Positions 33,857 to 36,580 of a stretch of 36,580 bases of DNA are shown piece after piece. The notes below the pieces were generated by a model. That model was not told the DNA's origin, did no database searches, and saw only the letters and a list, made by a program, of their open reading frames with translations. The position numbers and the translations under genes are program-made. The stretch is from an uncultured bacterium (GTDB lineage Bacteria; Planctomycetota; Phycisphaerae; Phycisphaerales; SM1A02): NCBI GenBank assembly GCA_903856525.1, contig CAIOCH010000040.1:1-36580 (forward strand), in the 5' to 3' direction. Each line of letters begins with the position of its first letter. The stretch's first letter is position 1.

Positions 33857-36580
33857 CAGGATCGCTTCACCTCGATGGTCTTGTAGCACTCGAGCACATC
33901 GCCGACCTTGATGTCGTCGTAGCCCACGATCTTCATGCCGCACTCCTGGCCTGCGCGCACTTCCTTGGCGTCGTCCTTGAACCGCTTGAGCTGCTCGAGC
34001 CGGCGGTCCTTCTCGACGACGATGCCGTTGCGCGTGACGCGGATCTGCGCGTTGCGCTCGACCACGCCATCGGTGACGTAGCAGCCGGCGATCGCGCCCA
34101 CCTTGGAGATCTTGAACACCTGGCGAACCTCGGCATGGCCGAGCACCTCGAGCTTGAGCTCGGGAGCGAGCATGCCCTTCGCGGCCTTCATGACGTCGTC
34201 GATGAGGTCGTAGATGACCTCGTACATGCGGATCTCGACGCCCTTGGTCTCTGCCATCTGGCGCGCCTTGCTGCTCGACGTGACGTTGAAGCCCACGATG
34301 ATGGCGTTGGTGGCGGAGGCGAGGGTGACATCGCCCTCGTTGATGCCGCCCGCGCTCGCGCTCTTGACGGAGATCGTGACCTCCTCGGCGGGCAGCTTGG
34401 CGAGCATGCCCTTGAGCGCCTCGACCGAACCCTGCACGTCGGCCTTGACGACGAGCGCGAGTTCCTTCTTGCCCTGCTTCTCGAGGTGCTTGAAGATGTT
34501 GTCGAGCGTGATCTTGGGAGCCGCGAGCTCGCGCTCGCGGTCGATGCGGCGACGCTCCTCGGCGGCCTCCTCGGCTGCGCGCAGCGATGCGACCACGAAG
34601 GCCTTGTCGCCGGCGTCAGGCAGTTCATCGATGCCCGAGATGGCGACCGGCGTCGAGGGCAGCGCCTCGGTCACGCGTTCGCCCTTGTCGTTCACGATGT
34701 CGCGCACGCGGCCGTAGCCGCGGCCGATGACGATGAAGTCGCCCTTCTTGAGGCAGCCTTCCTGGATGAGCACGCGCGCCACCGGACCGCGACCCTCCTC
34801 GACCGACGCCTCGAGGACCGTGCCCCGGGCATTGCCCTTGAAGTCGGCCTTGAGCTCGAGGAGCTCGGCCTGGTAGTCGAGGATCTCGAGGAGCTCCTGG
34901 ATGCCGTCGCCACGGGTGGCGCTGGTCTTGATGACTTCGGTCGTTCCGCCCCACTCGGTGGGGTTGAGTTCGTGCTCGGCGAGCTGGCCGAGCGTGCGGC
35001 GGATGGTCGCCTCGGTGGCATCGGGTCGGTCGATCTTGTTCATGGCCACGACGATGGGCACGCCCGCCGCCTTGGCATGGTTGATCGACTCGATGGTCTG
35101 CGGCATGACGCCGTCGACCGCCGAGACCACGAGCACCACGATGTCGGTCACCTTGGCGCCGCGGGCGCGCATGTGGGTGAAGGCCTCGTGGCCCGGGGTG
35201 TCGATGAAGGTCACCACGCGGTCCACGTCACCCGCCTTCACCGGCACCGTGAACGCACGCGTCGACTGGGTGATGCCACCCGCCTCGCCTGCCGCGAGGT
35301 TGGTGCTGCGGATGCGGTCGAGCAGACTGGTCTTGCCGTGATCGACGTGGCCGAGGATGGTGACAATGGGCGCACGCCGGCGCTCGTCGAGCTTCTCGCG
35401 GTCCTTGAAGCGCTCCTCGATGATCTCGGCGGCCGACTTGGCCTCCTCGACGATGAGGTCGATGTCGAAGTCCATCATGAGCTCGATCGCCTTCTCGCGG
35501 TCGATCGCGCTGTTGATGGTGGCCATCGTGCCGCCAAGGAAGAGCTTCTTGATGATCTCGGTCGCCTTCACGCCGGTCGCGGCGGAGAGCTCCTTGATCG
35601 TGAGAGGCTCCGCGACGTGGATCTGCTGCACCTCGCCCGGACGGCGCTCGGCGCGCTGTCCGCCGCCCATCGACATCGAACCGCCACCGCCACGCCCGAC
35701 GGGCTGGCGATGGGTGCGCATGAAGCCGCTGGAACCATCGAGCCGCGCCTGACGATCGCGAAGATCCTGGGCGCCGAAACCCGTGCGCGCGGAGTCGCCT
35801 GCGCGACCCGTTCGCGACGATCCAATGCCGCCGCGTCCGCGCACTTCGGGACGACCTCCCGCACCGGTGCCGGGGCGACCGGTCCGGCCGCCGGGTCCCA
35901 TTGTGCCGGGACCGCCAACGCCGGGCCCCGTCCGCCGCATGGGCGGAGGAGTCGGGAGATTGTCGGCCTGCTCGACGCGAATGACCTGCGGTCCCGAGAG
36001 ACGGGTCTTCTCGCGCGGGCCGAGCTGCGGACCAACTGGTCCGACCACGCTCGGCCGGGACGGCACATTCATGATCGGCGCGGCTTCGGCCGCCTTGCCA
36101 AATGACGCGGGCGGCGGCGGCGGAGCGGTGATGACGCGCCGTGGGGCCGCCGTGCCAGCTGCACCGCCCTCACCCGTCGGGGTGGGAGTACGGGCGCCTG
36201 CGGCGGCACCTCCATCGGAAGGACGGGTTGCGGAGAGGCCGGCGGCGTATGGCCGCGGCGCAACCGGAGGCGCACCGACGGTGCCGCTCGAAGCCACGGG
36301 AGCGGCTGTGGAGGCAGCGCCAGTCGCGGAGGGTGCACTCGGGGCAGGCGCGGTCGCGGGAGCCGCGGTTGGGGAAGGTGCCGTTGGGGAAGGTGCCGTC
36401 GGCGAAGTGCCGATCTGCGACGTACCGCTCTGGGCGGCGCGAGTCGGAGAGGCGCCGGCCGGGGAAGCTCCAGTCGCGGGACGTCCGGTCGGGGACGAAC
36501 CCGCCGACGGCGAACCAGCCGAGGAGGAACCGGTCGAGGAAGAACCAGCCGAGGAAGAACCGGTCGAGGACGAACGGGCC
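33856..36580 (-). CDS. infB: Translation initiation factor IF-2 (5' end/N-terminus extends beyond the window)
   Basis: The G domain contains [22 protein letters not shown] and NKID. The C-terminal domains are typical ([12 protein letters not shown]..., [15 protein letters not shown]). The reading frame stays open, with no start codon, from 36298 to the window edge. That stretch encodes a Pro/Ala/Ser/Gly/Thr-rich N-terminal region. Confidence 0.95.
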   Translation of the reverse strand, partial: ARSSSTGSSSAGSSSTGSSSAGSPSAGSSPTGRPATGASPAGASPTRAAQSGTSQIGTSPTAPSPTAPSPTAAPATAPAPSAPSATGAASTAAPVASSGTVGAPPVAPRPYAAGLSATRPSDGGAAAGARTPTPTGEGGAAGTAAPRRVITAPPPPPASFGKAAEAAPIMNVPSRPSVVGPVGPQLGPREKTRLSGPQVIRVEQADNLPTPPPMRRTGPGVGGPGTMGPGGRTGRPGTGAGGRPEVRGRGGIGSSRTGRAGDSARTGFGAQDLRDRQARLDGSSGFMRTHRQPVGRGGGGSMSMGGGQRAERRPGEVQQIHVAEPLTIKELSAATGVKATEIIKKLFLGGTMATINSAIDREKAIELMMDFDIDLIVEEAKSAAEIIEERFKDREKLDERRRAPIVTILGHVDHGKTSLLDRIRSTNLAAGEAGGITQSTRAFTVPVKAGDVDRVVTFIDTPGHEAFTHMRARGAKVTDIVVLVVSAVDGVMPQTIESINHAKAAGVPIVVAMNKIDRPDATEATIRRTLGQLAEHELNPTEWGGTTEVIKTSATRGDGIQELLEILDYQAELLELKADFKGNARGTVLEASVEEGRGPVARVLIQEGCLKKGDFIVIGRGYGRVRDIVNDKGERVTEALPSTPVAISGIDELPDAGDKAFVVASLRAAEEAAEERRRIDRERELAAPKITLDNIFKHLEKQGKKELALVVKADVQGSVEALKGMLAKLPAEEVTISVKSASAGGINEGDVTLASATNAIIVGFNVTSSSKARQMAETKGVEIRMYEVIYDLIDDVMKAAKGMLAPELKLEVLGHAEVRQVFKISKVGAIAGCYVTDGVVERNAQIRVTRNGIVVEKDRRLEQLKRFKDDAKEVRAGQECGMKIVGYDDIKVGDVLECYKTIEVKRS
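36494..36580. repeat. 15-bp in-frame tandem repeat (at least 5.8 units, runs off the window) in the infB 5' region
   Basis: The units are gacgaacccgccgac, ggcgaaccagccgag, gaggaaccggtcgag, gaagaaccagccgag, gaagaaccggtcgag and gacgaacgggcc. On the coding strand they encode (S-S-S-G-A/T)n. A second 15-bp repeat, ggggaaggtgccgtt x2-3, lies at 36371-36415 and encodes (T/A-P-S-P-A)n. Confidence 0.85.

Noticed and set aside
36371-36580. Short tandem repeats (12-15 bp) here and at 6261-6308, 30844-30873 and 32008-32079, considered as CRISPR-like or minisatellite arrays.
   Set aside because: All are in-frame within coding regions and head-to-tail without spacers. They encode low-complexity Ser/Gly/Lys/Ala tails. 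No cas genes are present.

Overview
Very GC-rich bacterial chromosomal window. Third codon positions are almost all G/C, so nearly every real gene carries long Arg/Ala/Pro-rich antisense shadow ORFs. I support 27 protein-coding genes, most of them housekeeping and many tied to translation. In order they are: mnmA (3' part), an atypical RNase HII-like gene, stand-alone fusA, a polytopic PP2C/SpoIIE phosphatase coupled to ribD, and a minus-strand operon of ABC ATPase, fused ABC-2 permease/GldG and DUF4340. These are followed by a divergent PAS-GAF-REC protein, prmC, a small acidic hypothetical, an archaeal-type glycogen-synthase-like glycosyltransferase, putA, comM/yifB, a 3D-domain protein, a TauE/TSUP permease, a DUF1573 lipoprotein and efp. 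The window ends with a TVP38-yjcH-actP operon, a hypothetical lipoprotein, yebC, and infB-rbfA followed by an unusual third gene. Seven gene junctions are 4-bp start/stop overlaps (ATGA or GTGA), which supports my trimmed start sites. The gene content (DUF1573, GldG/DUF4340, archaeal-like glycogen synthase) suggests a PVC/Planctomycetota-like lineage, but this is inference only. I found no rRNA, tRNA, CRISPR array, transposase, integrase, prophage or recognisable defence genes, so the window looks like core chromosome rather than an accessory island. The observations most worth a second look are: (1) a gene translationally coupled to rbfA that encodes a degenerate EndoIII-like HhH domain, an ER/K helix and a histone-H1-like Lys/Ala tail; (2) an orphan promoter-hairpin-CU-rich-terminator module (candidate sRNA or leader) in the 716-bp gap upstream of efp; (3) an EF-P with Asn instead of Lys/Arg at the modified loop tip; (4) a PAS-GAF-REC protein whose HisKA-like helix has Arg in place of the phospho-His and which lacks an ATPase domain, placed divergently from the ABC/GldFG/DUF4340 operon. 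All functional calls come from manual motif recognition. No database search was run.
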